DNA of 64,000 nt from Enterobacteria phage Kha5h, in sequence record NC_054905.1, one strand, 5' to 3'. This document shows, in pieces, positions 22,339 through 32,777 of this stretch. The position numbers were made by a program, and so were the translations under genes. Below the pieces are notes generated by a model, which had not been told where the DNA came from, ran no database searches, and saw only the letters and a list, made by a program, of their open reading frames with translations. Position 1 is the first letter of the stretch. Each line of letters opens with the position of its first letter.

Positions 22339-22557
22339 TCATTTTACACCATTCCAAATTGTTTCAACCACAGATTTTAAACCATTTTGATGAATATCCA
22401 TTCCGACTACCGCCATCAAATAGATTCCAACTACAACTGAACCTAAGGCAAAAATCAGCATGAAAATGAATAAAGCCGGAAAAATATTATCGAAAAACCA
22501 TTCAATAAATGTAAAAGCACTACGTTTACGCTTCATATTTTCCTCACATAAATCCAA
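22339..22557 (-). CDS. hypothetical membrane protein (72 aa)
   Basis: track ORF, hydrophobic core. Confidence 0.5.
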   Translation of the reverse strand: MDLCEENMKRKRSAFTFIEWFFDNIFPALFIFMLIFALGSVVVGIYLMAVVGMDIHQNGLKSVVETIWNGVK

Positions 22558-22657
22558 AATAAGCGTTTAATACATCAATCATTAAAACGATTGGGAATAT
22601 ACTCAAAACTATTAGTATTATAACTACATTCCATATAGCTTTAATAATCTTTTTCAT
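22544..22657 (-). CDS. small membrane peptide (37 aa)
   Basis: ATG at 22657 preceded by GGAGGAACAGAAA; MKKIIKAIWNVVIILIVLSIFPIVLMIDVLNAYFGFM. Confidence 0.5.
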   Translation of the reverse strand: MKKIIKAIWNVVIILIVLSIFPIVLMIDVLNAYFGFM

Positions 22658-22685
22658 TTTCTGTTCCTCCGTAGTTGATAGGGTA

Positions 22686-22715
22686 ATAGTACCACGGAAG
22701 AACAGTCTTGTAAAC
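22686..22715 (-). promoter_or_regulatory. phage early promoter (GTTTAC, 18 nt, TACTAT)
   Basis: minus-strand GTTTAC 22710..22715, TACTAT 22686..22691. Confidence 0.5.
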
Positions 22716-22900
22716 AACTTTTTTAAAAATATTCGTAATAAATGTGAATACCAACTACTACCGCTGAAACCTGTGCAACCCACCACGCACAAGCAATAAG
22801 TACAGAATTCAAAATTTTCATAATAACCTCATCACAAAAGTAAATGTTAAACAAATTACTGGAATACTAATTAACCAAACAAAACACCACCATAATGAAC

Positions 22901-23164
22901 TCATAGCTCAATCTCAGCGATTTTCATTTCATTACTATTAATAGCCTCTTTAAGACTATCTGAAAGAATTACATTCCAGTGGTCATTCATATGACCATTA
23001 ACTAAGCGTGTAATTTCTTCAGGAGTTGAAAAATAAGGCTGATCAGACTCCCAATGCGATAATCCTAAGCGAGTATAAATCATGCCTTCATCATCGCTCG
23101 AATATTCAACTGACACAAACTCATCAGTTATTTTATGTTTAGCGTAATAAAATTTAAATTTCAT
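22901..23164 (-). CDS. hypothetical protein (87 aa)
   Basis: ATG 23164 preceded by GGAG; track ORF begins at upstream TTG. Confidence 0.55.
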   Translation of the reverse strand: MKFKFYYAKHKITDEFVSVEYSSDDEGMIYTRLGLSHWESDQPYFSTPEEITRLVNGHMNDHWNVILSDSLKEAINSNEMKIAEIEL

Positions 23165-23201
23165 TTTATTCTCCAAATCCGTATCAGTAGTTGATAGTTG
23201 T

Positions 23202-23231
23202 ATAGTACCACGGTCCTTGTGGTATGTAAAC
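23202..23231 (-). promoter_or_regulatory. phage early promoter (GTTTAC, 18 nt, TACTAT)
   Basis: minus-strand GTTTAC 23226..23231, TACTAT 23202..23207. Confidence 0.5.
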
Positions 23232-23249
23232 CGTTTTGTGAAAAAAATT

Positions 23250-23807
23250 TTAAATGGAAAGATACCATCCGTTGTAGTTGCTTTTTCTTACAACCTTACG
23301 AAGGTCTTCTCTGTCACCGATGAACTTCGGAGTGTACTGGATGACACCTGGATGAATTTCTTTAGTGTTGAATATAATTATACAGTCAGCGACTTGATGA
23401 TTTAGAATGGGCCCTAAATTTATTCCAGAACCATATGGATACTCTCCGCTGCATCCCGTTGTTACCGAAATCCAACGCGAGTCAGTTTGATGTGTTTTGA
23501 CTTCTACACGAAGCCCGCAATATTTTGGATGCGCTAAAACATCCCATGCATACGTGTACGGATCATCGACATTTTCTTGGCCTTTATTGACATATCCGCT
23601 TAGCCAATCTGCCACAAAAAACTCTGCGTACACAGCGATACGGCATCTTTCGATAACTTCTGCTTTATCCTGGTTCGGGTTTTGTTTTAAAGAGTATCTT
23701 GCTGTATCAGCAATTTTGACCTTCATTTCACTAGTCAAGTCACTGTTCGATAGGGTAAATGTCGGAATCTGAAATAGTCTCTGTAAACCCGGATTCGTTT
23801 TCTGCAT
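23250..23807 (-). CDS. denB: endonuclease IV (DenB)
   Basis: 185 aa, MQKTNPGLQRLFQIPTFTLSNSDLTSEMKVKIADTARYSL... Confidence 0.9.
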   Translation of the reverse strand: MQKTNPGLQRLFQIPTFTLSNSDLTSEMKVKIADTARYSLKQNPNQDKAEVIERCRIAVYAEFFVADWLSGYVNKGQENVDDPYTYAWDVLAHPKYCGLRVEVKTHQTDSRWISVTTGCSGEYPYGSGINLGPILNHQVADCIIIFNTKEIHPGVIQYTPKFIGDREDLRKVVRKSNYNGWYLSI

Positions 23808-23853
23808 TTAAACTTTCCTTTATGTCGGAATCATAATTTCTCTTAAAACAAAA

Positions 23854-23865
23854 GGGCCGAAGCCC
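23854..23865 (-). terminator. UUCG-tetraloop hairpin with flanking U-runs
   Basis: minus strand gggc uucg gccc. Confidence 0.5.
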
Positions 23866-23870
23866 TTATT

Positions 23871-24065
23871 TTATTTGAATTGTGCGATTCTTTTCTCTAG
23901 ACACTCAGCATAAGATTTCATTGAGATGAACTGCGAAAGTAGCAGTTCTTGCTCAACTGCGTTAACTGTTAGAAACTTTGCGCTTTCTAAAAATTTGCTC
24001 AGTGCATTAATTTTGAGCATTAATTGATCGTATTCTTCTTTTACTCGTGCTTGATAACCTAACAT
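23871..24065 (-). CDS. hypothetical protein (64 aa)
   Basis: track ORF between rIIB and denB. Confidence 0.5.
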   Translation of the reverse strand: MLGYQARVKEEYDQLMLKINALSKFLESAKFLTVNAVEQELLLSQFISMKSYAECLEKRIAQFK

Positions 24066-24085
24066 AATTTTCCTTAATATGATAA

Positions 24086-24097
24086 GGGCCGAAGCCC
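24086..24097 (-). promoter_or_regulatory. UUCG-tetraloop hairpin directly after the rIIB stop
   Basis: minus strand gggc uucg gccc. Confidence 0.5.
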
Positions 24098-25036
24098 TTA
24101 TTTAAATTGTTCAGTAACGTCTTCAACTACTTCGTATTGGCAGGTACGCATTTTAGCATCGTTGTAATCAATCGGAATTGATACTACATCACGTGGATGT
24201 ACTTTAACTTTTACAACTCGGCTGGTTGAACTGCCAAAGTGACGAATATAAGATTTAGAACATACATGCAGACCACGAGAACAAGTTTGTGTATCATCGT
24301 CATTCACACGAGTACGCGGCATTTTAACTACTTTACCAGGACTGTTATCAAAGGTGTTTGAGTGACAGTCAAAGTAGTTGTCACGAACTACTTTCCAAGC
24401 ATAGAAGTAACCATCTTCTGTAATTTCAATATCGTTTGCTACCAAGAAATCAAAGAGTCGAGATACCGCTTTCTGGCTTGGGTTTTCCAGCAGATTTTCC
24501 AAGAACGGAAAATAAAATTCAAAGTTTTCACCTTTTTCCATCGAATCGAGAATACGATCAACTAAACCAGACCGTAATTCGATATTTTGATAGAACAAGC
24601 TTCCGCCTTCAATTCGAACATCGCCGGAAATATATTTTTCAACAGCGCGACGAACATTAATTTTTTGTGCCGCTTCTTCCAACTTATCTGCTACAAGCAG
24701 ATTAAGAATTTCCTGGAAGTTTGAATGAGTATTAGGAGTTGCGTTATAAGTTACACCGTCAACAGTAATTGAAATGAATTTTTTAGATGCATTCCAAATA
24801 ATGTCAGATTTAGCAACTGGAGCAATAACTGCATCGCTATTAACTTTAACTGTAATATCACCGCTAATAGTAACTTTAGGGCGTTTAGCTTCTTCAGCAT
24901 TTTTCAAAACACGACGGATTGTGTCAACCGATACATCCTTCCAATAAGCTAATTCCTGCTGAGTGTAATTACCACTTGAATACAGTTTAACAATTTCAGC
25001 TTGTTCGTTTTTGGTCAGGCATTTAATATTGTACAT
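24098..25036 (-). CDS. rIIB: rIIB protein
   Basis: 312 aa, MYNIKCLTKNEQAEIVKLYSSGNYTQQELA... Confidence 0.95.
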   Translation of the reverse strand: MYNIKCLTKNEQAEIVKLYSSGNYTQQELAYWKDVSVDTIRRVLKNAEEAKRPKVTISGDITVKVNSDAVIAPVAKSDIIWNASKKFISITVDGVTYNATPNTHSNFQEILNLLVADKLEEAAQKINVRRAVEKYISGDVRIEGGSLFYQNIELRSGLVDRILDSMEKGENFEFYFPFLENLLENPSQKAVSRLFDFLVANDIEITEDGYFYAWKVVRDNYFDCHSNTFDNSPGKVVKMPRTRVNDDDTQTCSRGLHVCSKSYIRHFGSSTSRVVKVKVHPRDVVSIPIDYNDAKMRTCQYEVVEDVTEQFK

Positions 25037-25047
25037 AATTTTCCTTA

Positions 25048-27225
25048 TTAGGCCGCAAGGGCCTTCATAGTTTTAGCGATTTGGGAAACTTCATCATCAC
25101 TTAAAGAACTGCGATATCCGATGAAGTCGGAAACAATACGGAATTTCTTGGTAAACTCAGCAACCATTTTATCACTGTTTTTTGAAGCATTATTTGATAA
25201 TACATCAAAGAGATTAGTTACTGTCCAGATATCATGACCGATGGTATCTTTTCCACCATTGAAATACACACCGCGTAATGAACTAACCATATTACCAAGT
25301 CGTGTATATTCTTCAGAAACTTCATCTGTACTGAAGTACTTCATCATAAAATCTAGTTCAGGATACTTGATAATTTTATCAATATATCGTTGAGCTGAAC
25401 TTGAATAACCTACATACTTATCATAATCTACATCATCAAAAGCATCTACATATAAATCACGCAAAGCTTCAAAAATACATTGGCACTGACCGAGTTCTTT
25501 TACCTTTTTCTGTAAAAGCGGACGAATAACATAAAATTCATTAATGCCAATAAGATTAGCCATACGAATCAAAATATTCATAGATGGATGACAAAGTGAT
25601 GTAGTACCATCCATAGAGAAAATATCAGAACGATGCATATACGCTACATAACCAGTAATTTCATCTGCTTCTGACGTAAGTGTAAATAGTTCCTCTTTTT
25701 CCCAGCGCCCATCTTTAATTTCAAACTTAAATGCTGTAGCAGCTTTAGGACGAGGAGCTTTACTTTTAACTACCTTTGGAATATAGTTTTTAACTAAAGC
25801 TTCAATTTCTGACAAATAATGAATGTTAACTTCATCACTTTCAAACATCGCCATAATATCAGGAAGCAAATCAATCTGCGATTCTACTTCTGGGTTAATA
25901 AACAGAAGGCGTTCGTTGTGATGAATATTCAAAGTGTTATTAAATTCACTATCATCTAACGCACGTGCTAATCCACGGACAATATTAACACGATTTTTAA
26001 TATTATCAATAACGATATTAATTTTTGTTGTATTAATACCAAACAGACGATAACTTGATGCAACGGCTGAAGTTTCATGACTTTGCTTAATGCGTTTCAG
26101 TCGAGGGTCAAGATTTACTTCATACACAACTCCTGCATTGCATAACTTACTGTCAGGTTCAAACATGCTCTGCATCTTTTTATATGACAGATTTTTAGTC
26201 GTGAATTTGACTGAATTACTAATCATATAATCTCGAGCAGAATACCCCATCTTCATTAATTCGCGATATGTATGACGAGGAGATGTAGATTCTTTAAATC
26301 GTTTTACATCTTCATTAAATGCTTGCTCACTGAGTTCTTTAACTCGTTCAATGATATTTTTACGAGTGCGATCATCTAGTGAAAGAGCCTCGCGAGATGG
26401 AGCAATATCAAGTGAACCCATTGGAAACTTAATGTAATTCACTTCATTGCGAATGCTTAGCCAGTTACGGTCTCTAATAACACCATCGATAGGATAAACA
26501 ATACCGCCATAGATAGCATATAATCCACCACGATCAGGCCAGTATCTTTCTGGATTTACACCATAATAATCATCAAAATCAGGAAAATAATCAATTTCGC
26601 GGTCAAGACCATTAATGATAGCCAAATCTTTGAACGGTCGCATGATATAAGAAACTTCATAAGCAAAGTTTCTAAAGTCTTTTTCTTCAACTGGAACTAC
26701 GATTTCAATACCAGTTTTATCATCTGGACCCATTTCTTTTACGAATGTAGGTTTAATCTGTGGGCCATCACCATCCATGTAAGCTACATAACCACGAATT
26801 TCACCTTTATGATACGAAGTAATACTAAACGTATCAGTATAACTAAACGGAGATTTAGAACCTAAACCAAATCCGCCAATAAAGTCATTAGATTCAGCCT
26901 TAGATGAACTGAAGTATGAATTATACAGCCCAGGAGAATTATCATCACCCTGAATATCAAAATCACTCATACCCGGACCAAAATCTCGACAAACAAATCG
27001 TGGATCTAATCGTCCTGGAACTTGAATGATAAATTTTTCAGGATTTCCATTAAGTGCATGAGCATCAATCATGTTAGTAATCAATTCACGGACTACTGCG
27101 CGAATCTTGTTTGTATACAAATCAGATGACAGAATTTTAAATACTTTAGGAGATGCTGTGATGCTAAATGCTTTTGATTTAGAACCATTACCAAGAATTG
27201 TTTCTTTTTCAGTGGTGATAATCAT
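25048..27225 (-). CDS. rIIA: rIIA protein
   Basis: 725 aa, sequence and synteny. Confidence 0.95.
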   Translation of the reverse strand: MIITTEKETILGNGSKSKAFSITASPKVFKILSSDLYTNKIRAVVRELITNMIDAHALNGNPEKFIIQVPGRLDPRFVCRDFGPGMSDFDIQGDDNSPGLYNSYFSSSKAESNDFIGGFGLGSKSPFSYTDTFSITSYHKGEIRGYVAYMDGDGPQIKPTFVKEMGPDDKTGIEIVVPVEEKDFRNFAYEVSYIMRPFKDLAIINGLDREIDYFPDFDDYYGVNPERYWPDRGGLYAIYGGIVYPIDGVIRDRNWLSIRNEVNYIKFPMGSLDIAPSREALSLDDRTRKNIIERVKELSEQAFNEDVKRFKESTSPRHTYRELMKMGYSARDYMISNSVKFTTKNLSYKKMQSMFEPDSKLCNAGVVYEVNLDPRLKRIKQSHETSAVASSYRLFGINTTKINIVIDNIKNRVNIVRGLARALDDSEFNNTLNIHHNERLLFINPEVESQIDLLPDIMAMFESDEVNIHYLSEIEALVKNYIPKVVKSKAPRPKAATAFKFEIKDGRWEKEELFTLTSEADEITGYVAYMHRSDIFSMDGTTSLCHPSMNILIRMANLIGINEFYVIRPLLQKKVKELGQCQCIFEALRDLYVDAFDDVDYDKYVGYSSSAQRYIDKIIKYPELDFMMKYFSTDEVSEEYTRLGNMVSSLRGVYFNGGKDTIGHDIWTVTNLFDVLSNNASKNSDKMVAEFTKKFRIVSDFIGYRSSLSDDEVSQIAKTMKALAA

Positions 27226-27235
27226 AATTTCCTCA

Positions 27236-27439
27236 TTAATTCATATTACGCTTAATAACTTCAGCAACTTCTAGTAGTTCATCTTTAGTTGCGGTGTCGG
27301 ATTGAATTTTATCTCTAATATCTTTAAAGCGGTTTTTAAATTCTTCGGCTTCTCCCATATCGAAAAAGCGTTGAATGATTCTATATTCTCGATGAACTGC
27401 TTTATCAAAAAGTTCTAAATTTACTCTATATGATTTCAT
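27236..27439 (-). CDS. hypothetical protein (67 aa), rIIA.1-like by position
   Basis: track ORF. Confidence 0.55.
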   Translation of the reverse strand: MKSYRVNLELFDKAVHREYRIIQRFFDMGEAEEFKNRFKDIRDKIQSDTATKDELLEVAEVIKRNMN

Positions 27440-27493
27440 TTCAATATCCTCATTTGCTCAATTAATTATACCACATCCTTGTGGTAAAGTAAA

Positions 27494-29314
27494 CTACTGG
27501 CTCATCCATTCTTTACGAAGGTCAGCGTTATCTCCCATGAGCATTTCAAAAAGCTCTTTCCAGTTCTCAGGAAGTTTAACAACGTCATATACTGGATTTT
27601 GAATCATTTCACGATATTCAGATTTTTCCAAAGAGCCAAGTCCTTTAATATAACGGATGCTATGTTTAGGTAGAGCATCTTTGGCACTCTCATATTCAGC
27701 GACTGTATAAAACCATTCTTGTTTTTTACCGACCTGAGCGATGATTACAGGAGTTTTGACAAAGCGAATTCGTCCTTGCTCAAACAATTCTGGCCAATTA
27801 CTAAAAAATCCGAGCAGAGAAGGATAAATGCTTCCTAGACCATCATGGTCAGCATCAGTCATAATAGCAATATTGCGATAATTCAAGTTTTCAGCTTTTT
27901 CACCAAGAACTAGACCAGTGATTGCGCAAATATCAAATAGTTCTTTGTTTTTAAGCATATCTGCATAAGACATACCCCAACTGTTGAGAACTTTACCACG
28001 CAATGGATAACCACCGTGAAGTTCTTTATCACGAACATCAATAAGATATCCGATAGCCGAATCACCCTCGGTTAAGAACAATGTAGTATCAGCATCTTTA
28101 CCGCAAAGATTCGCTTTGATATGTTTATGAACCTTAGCTTTAGAAGCCTTTTTAGCTGCTTTAGTTTCTGCTGCTTTTTCTGCTGCCAATTTACGAGCTA
28201 ATGCTGCTTCAATAATTGGCATCAAAATTGCTTCATTATTTAGAATAGCGCGTGAAATCTTTTTAGCATCAAGTTGAATATGACTACGGATTTCACCAAA
28301 TGGAGAAGTCAAACGCTCTTTAGTCTGAGAATCAAATCGCATGTTTTTCATATCACGAACAAACATAACGATAGTCAAACATTCTTTAACACGTGCTTTA
28401 GTTACATCAATTTTGAACTTACGTTTGATTTGTGGAATAAGGTCTTCACAAATATCATCCATAACACAGTCAATGTGATGGCCACCATTCTTAGTATGAA
28501 TGTTATTGACGTACGTCAACTGACGAAAACCATCCGGTGAACGACCAACCGCAATAGAACAATTTTCTTGTTCTTGAACAATAGCATGTTCATCATACTG
28601 TCGTGCATATTTCTTAAAATTGCCCTGAACCTTTTTACCATTAAAGGTAAATTGAATATCAGGATAAACAACAGCAAGTGTCTGGAGACGATCCAGTGTA
28701 ATGTCAAGATAAACTTGGGACAGCTCATTAGTTTCAAATGACATAAAATCAGGAATGAAAGTAACACGGGTTCCTTTCCATTTTCCAGGAATATCTTCCC
28801 ATGATTTATTTTCCATGCCATTTGAACAACGAACTACAATATTATTTTGACCATCGCCAGTTTCACCAACAAACATCACAGAAAAAATGTTTGTCAAACT
28901 AGAACCAACACCGTTCATACCACCGGTGACGCGTTCTTTATCATCACCGAAGTTACCACCTGCTTTTGGAATAGTCCACGCAGCAACAGGACCAGGAATT
29001 TCTTCACCGGTAGGTGTTTTAACCATCGCTTGTGGAATACCACGACCGTTATCTTCAACTGTTACTTGATTGTTTTTAATAGTAACATTAATTTTATTTG
29101 CGAATTTAAACTTAGTACGAATACCTTCATCTACTGAGTTATCGATAATTTCATCAATAAGCTTAACAAGACCAGGTACATACTGAACACTTTCCCATTT
29201 ACCAAACAGAAAGCGCTCATGCATTTCATTAGCAGAAGAGCCAATGTACATGCCACTACGCTTTTTGATATGTTCAATATCGCTCAGAATTTTAATTTCA
29301 TTCTTAATCATCAC
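27494..29314 (-). CDS. 39: DNA topoisomerase II large subunit gp39, uninterrupted form (equivalent to T4 gp39 plus gp60)
   Basis: 606 aa with GyrB-like ATPase and Toprim regions in one ORF. Confidence 0.9.
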   Translation of the reverse strand: MMIKNEIKILSDIEHIKKRSGMYIGSSANEMHERFLFGKWESVQYVPGLVKLIDEIIDNSVDEGIRTKFKFANKINVTIKNNQVTVEDNGRGIPQAMVKTPTGEEIPGPVAAWTIPKAGGNFGDDKERVTGGMNGVGSSLTNIFSVMFVGETGDGQNNIVVRCSNGMENKSWEDIPGKWKGTRVTFIPDFMSFETNELSQVYLDITLDRLQTLAVVYPDIQFTFNGKKVQGNFKKYARQYDEHAIVQEQENCSIAVGRSPDGFRQLTYVNNIHTKNGGHHIDCVMDDICEDLIPQIKRKFKIDVTKARVKECLTIVMFVRDMKNMRFDSQTKERLTSPFGEIRSHIQLDAKKISRAILNNEAILMPIIEAALARKLAAEKAAETKAAKKASKAKVHKHIKANLCGKDADTTLFLTEGDSAIGYLIDVRDKELHGGYPLRGKVLNSWGMSYADMLKNKELFDICAITGLVLGEKAENLNYRNIAIMTDADHDGLGSIYPSLLGFFSNWPELFEQGRIRFVKTPVIIAQVGKKQEWFYTVAEYESAKDALPKHSIRYIKGLGSLEKSEYREMIQNPVYDVVKLPENWKELFEMLMGDNADLRKEWMSQ

Positions 29315-29363
29315 TTATCCTCGTTTGGTTTCGGGAATATTATACTCCGGTAATCATAAAGCT

Positions 29364-29381
29364 AAAGGCCCGAAGGCCTTT
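29364..29381 (-). promoter_or_regulatory. UUCG-tetraloop hairpin
   Basis: aaaggcc cgaa ggccttt. Confidence 0.45.
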
Positions 29382-29651
29382 TTATTTAAAGCGGATAGTT
29401 GAATCCTTAAAGAAAAGCCCAGAACATACTGTTCCTTCTACTTTCTGCCCGGTAGGTCCAATAGCACGAAATCCAGTATGTTGGAAATCATTTTCAGAAC
29501 AACCGAACCAATTATATCCAGTGATTTCAATATTAGTAAAACCACTTGATGATAAAATTTTAGTTGCATTATCAGCATCAGTACATCCTACTAAAGATAC
29601 TGCTAATACTAATGCTGCGATAGAACGATTAATATATTTCATAATTTTCAC
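29382..29651 (-). CDS. putative lipoprotein (89 aa)
   Basis: signal peptide with lipobox LVGC: MKIMKYINRSIAALVLAVSLVGCTD... Confidence 0.6.
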   Translation of the reverse strand: MKIMKYINRSIAALVLAVSLVGCTDADNATKILSSSGFTNIEITGYNWFGCSENDFQHTGFRAIGPTGQKVEGTVCSGLFFKDSTIRFK

Positions 29652-30019
29652 TTAAATTTAATAGCTTGAAGAAGACTAATAATTCTCAAGCGACTTCTTT
29701 CATCTTTAACTGTAAAAGAAAGAGGGTCACCAGATTTCATAGTAATAGTACATTCAAAATCAAAATCTTCTGTGACTTCTTCGAAGAAGTCAAATTCTTC
29801 ATCATAAATTAGAACATTACTCTGAAAACTGTGAAGAATTTTTCCATCATTTCCAGATGCTGTACTAATCATTGTAACATTATTACCTTTCATATCTTCA
29901 ACGATAAATTCGCTTGTAGATATTACAGCATTAATAGAACCATTCCTATAAATAGCAGACATTAGATATTTCTTTTCTTCGCCTTTGCGAATATGATACT
30001 TCTTACCAATTTTAAACAT
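29648..30019 (-). CDS. hypothetical protein (123 aa)
   Basis: track ORF. Confidence 0.55.
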   Translation of the reverse strand: MFKIGKKYHIRKGEEKKYLMSAIYRNGSINAVISTSEFIVEDMKGNNVTMISTASGNDGKILHSFQSNVLIYDEEFDFFEEVTEDFDFECTITMKSGDPLSFTVKDERSRLRIISLLQAIKFK

Positions 30020-30021
30020 AA

Positions 30022-30198
30022 TTATCCTTTAAGTAAGTCGTAAAATCCGCCATTCACATGCTTAGGAGCAGAAGGCCGACGAGTAGACAAACGATGACAT
30101 TTAGGGCAAACATCATTTTCTCGTTCAGAAATCTTTTTAATTTTTTCATATTCATGCCCGCAATCTTCGGATTGGCATTTATAATCATACATTGGCAT
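30022..30198 (-). CDS. small zinc-ribbon protein (58 aa)
   Basis: hand-translated MPMYDYKCQSEDCGHEYEKIKKISERENDVCPKCHRL..., two CxxC pairs; fills the gap between flanking ORFs. Confidence 0.45.
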   Translation of the reverse strand: MPMYDYKCQSEDCGHEYEKIKKISERENDVCPKCHRLSTRRPSAPKHVNGGFYDLLKG

Positions 30199-30200
30199 AA

Positions 30201-30626
30201 TTATTCCTTAAAGTGTGCTTTCAACATCTGATACAAGGACCATGCCTGTTCATTATTTTCAATAGTAACTTTCATGACTGGGAATTCTGTGAAATCTTCT
30301 ATTTGTTCTTGCTCTTTCTCTTCCTGCTCTTGTTCTTCAGCTGCCTGGTATGGATTTTCAACTTCATCAAAGAATTCAGCTTCGCTAGTAGAAAGCCAAA
30401 TAAAATCTTCATCCAAAATATCTTTACCGGAGGATAATGCCAATCTTCCAGTAGATGTCACAATTTTAGTAGGACGACCAAGATAGTCAATATCTATAAC
30501 TTTAAAAGGTTCCATACCTAAACGTCGTGCATAAATTCCGTTTTCAGTATGGTCTTTAATAAAAGCTTCTTGAGCTTGTTTATTTTTAAATTGATACCAT
30601 TTATTGACTTCAAATCTAATAGCCAT
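30201..30626 (-). CDS. goF: GoF (comC-alpha) protein
   Basis: 141 aa, acidic [12 protein letters not shown] tract, T4 position. Confidence 0.75.
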   Translation of the reverse strand: MAIRFEVNKWYQFKNKQAQEAFIKDHTENGIYARRLGMEPFKVIDIDYLGRPTKIVTSTGRLALSSGKDILDEDFIWLSTSEAEFFDEVENPYQAAEEQEQEEKEQEQIEDFTEFPVMKVTIENNEQAWSLYQMLKAHFKE

Positions 30627-30841
30627 TAATAAATTTCCTTCCAGTAAGTTGTACCGTCTTCAGTGATTTCACGGAATACACCATAAATCGGTTGTTTATC
30701 ACCAACCTTTTCATACACATAAACCGAAGTCAAGTGAGTAAACTTGATGGTGTGTTCCTTTTGAACTACTACCAAATCTGGATCGAATAATACATCTTCA
30801 AATTCGTCATTAGTGCAGTTCTGAACAATTTTACGTTTCAT
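30626..30841 (-). CDS. cef: Cef (modifier of suppressor tRNAs)
   Basis: 71 aa at the T4 cef position. Confidence 0.65.
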   Translation of the reverse strand: MKRKIVQNCTNDEFEDVLFDPDLVVVQKEHTIKFTHLTSVYVYEKVGDKQPIYGVFREITEDGTTYWKEIY

Positions 30842-30854
30842 TACAATTTCCTCA

Positions 30855-31124
30855 TTAATTGAACAGTGGAGCGATGCGTTTCAGAAGAGTAGCAGCACCT
30901 TTGGCAAATTTTACATCATGAAAAACAGTTTCTTCTTCCGTTACAACACGAGCTTTAATGTTTTCACAATCCCAATTTTTACGAACAATCTTCAAAAGCT
31001 GCAGTAAATCTTTACATTCAGCAATATCGATAACACATCCACGAGAATCTTCCATTATCGCACGATAACCGTAAGCCATACCATAATCATTGAAAGATTG
31101 CTCGATGATAATTAAATTTTCCAT
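30855..31124 (-). CDS. hypothetical protein (89 aa)
   Basis: ATG 31124 preceded by the conserved leader GGAGAATAAA. Confidence 0.55.
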   Translation of the reverse strand: MENLIIIEQSFNDYGMAYGYRAIMEDSRGCVIDIAECKDLLQLLKIVRKNWDCENIKARVVTEEETVFHDVKFAKGAATLLKRIAPLFN

Positions 31125-31221
31125 TTTATTCTCCAAGTTGTTTTCTGTATCAGTAGTTGATATTGATATAGTACCATAATCAACTACTGATGTATATAGT
31201 TTTATGAAAAAATTTTAAACT

Positions 31222-31713
31222 TTATGCATAGCGAGCTTTGCTGTAGTGTTTAATCCAACTTTCAGGAATGACTTTGTATGTTCCTAAAAATACCGCGTTG
31301 TATAACTTAACGCCATCTTCTACCCATTGATCAGTAATGTATGCACACATAGCGCGAGTACGGTTAACAACACCTTCCTCACCTTCAGTAAATTCAAACT
31401 CATAAGGAGCAACGAACTTGATAGCTTGACCGAGTTTCCACTTAAAGTCTACACCTACATGCGAAGTATCAATCGTTTCAATTCCTTTAGCGGGAACAGC
31501 TTTCAAAAACGCAGGCTCAAGAAATTTCCATCGAACATAACCAAACTGAGGTTTAGACATTCCATCTTTAGGAATGATACGCACTTTTACTTCAGAATCT
31601 TCATCTTTAACACCATGTTTAAGCTGAATGCTTACGACTTCAACCAATTTTCCTGCTGCTTTAGAACGGGATTTATCAGATACACGAGCAATTTCACCGA
31701 TATTAATATTCAT
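31222..31713 (-). CDS. motB: MotB (modifier of transcription)
   Basis: 163 aa, MNINIGEIARVSDKSRSKAAGKLVEVVSIQLKHG... Confidence 0.8.
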   Translation of the reverse strand: MNINIGEIARVSDKSRSKAAGKLVEVVSIQLKHGVKDEDSEVKVRIIPKDGMSKPQFGYVRWKFLEPAFLKAVPAKGIETIDTSHVGVDFKWKLGQAIKFVAPYEFEFTEGEEGVVNRTRAMCAYITDQWVEDGVKLYNAVFLGTYKVIPESWIKHYSKARYA

Positions 31714-31786
31714 AATTATCTCTCACTTGTTAAAAAGATTTTATACTCCGCAGGACCATTATACTCTGGTCCCAAGAGTTTGTAAA

Positions 31787-32224
31787 CTAGCTTACACGAA
31801 CATTAATCACTGCGCTACGAGGAACTACAGAGTATTCTCCAGCATGAACTACGTTCAGAAGTTCAACACCATCTTCAATCCACTGATCAGTCACCCATCC
31901 ACCCACAGGATTCGCGAATGGACGACGAATATAAACTGCCTTACACAGCAGATCAGTTGGATCTTCAGGTTTTTCAATTTCTGTCAATAGACTAAAATCT
32001 TTTTCATAAATAATAAGCGATGATACCATTCCATAATAGTTTCTAATTTCAATATACATCATACCGATAAGAATTCCGCTATTAACACTAATAACAGTAA
32101 AAGGATATCCGCCAGTTAAACCAAGAAGTTCACAAAACTTATTATGAGCTGTATTAGACAGTACCGAAAAATTCTTAATTTCATCAAATTTTTTCAATTG
32201 ATAAACAGCATTATTTTTAATCAT
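31787..32224 (-). CDS. hypothetical protein with MotB C-terminal-like domain (145 aa)
   Basis: C-terminus VTDQWIEDGVELLNVVHAGEYSVVPRS aligns with MotB ITDQWVEDGVKLYNAVFLGTYKVIPES. Confidence 0.6.
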   Translation of the reverse strand: MIKNNAVYQLKKFDEIKNFSVLSNTAHNKFCELLGLTGGYPFTVISVNSGILIGMMYIEIRNYYGMVSSLIIYEKDFSLLTEIEKPEDPTDLLCKAVYIRRPFANPVGGWVTDQWIEDGVELLNVVHAGEYSVVPRSAVINVRVS

Positions 32225-32234
32225 GATTTTCTCT

Positions 32235-32777
32235 TTAATCTAAAGTAATAAAGCCTTTTAATTCGGCATGTGATTTGCGGAACATTACTTGGTGCCCGCC
32301 AATGATAACTTGGTCATCAGGTACTTCGTATACAGCGAGATAAAATCCTTTAGAAGCTAATTCTTCACGCTCTTCTCGTGTGAACCATCTCATCATATCA
32401 TATTCGCTAGCGAAAGCAAAATGATAAAGAGCTATAAACCATCCTGGAATATAGTGATCTACGCCTACATATTCTTCTTTCTCAAAATTAGTATTAATTG
32501 CTATATTAGCATTTTTAACTAATAATTTGTCTTCATGCGGCACAGGAATTCTTTTATTATCATTACTATGATGCATAAAATTGGGTCTGTCATAACCTAC
32601 GCGTAATAACCACTCTTCACTCCATGAATCTATTATACTCCTGTACGGAGTTATTTGAACACAAAGATTTCGACGTATTGTTATAGCATCTTCATAATTA
32701 AGAATACTAAACGATGATTCAACACGATAAATTTTCATTTTATTATCCTCAGTAGCTATGGTGTTATAATACCACAA
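32235..32777 (-). CDS. hypothetical protein (180 aa)
   Basis: track ORF. Confidence 0.55.
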   Translation of the reverse strand: MWYYNTIATEDNKMKIYRVESSFSILNYEDAITIRRNLCVQITPYRSIIDSWSEEWLLRVGYDRPNFMHHSNDNKRIPVPHEDKLLVKNANIAINTNFEKEEYVGVDHYIPGWFIALYHFAFASEYDMMRWFTREEREELASKGFYLAVYEVPDDQVIIGGHQVMFRKSHAELKGFITLD

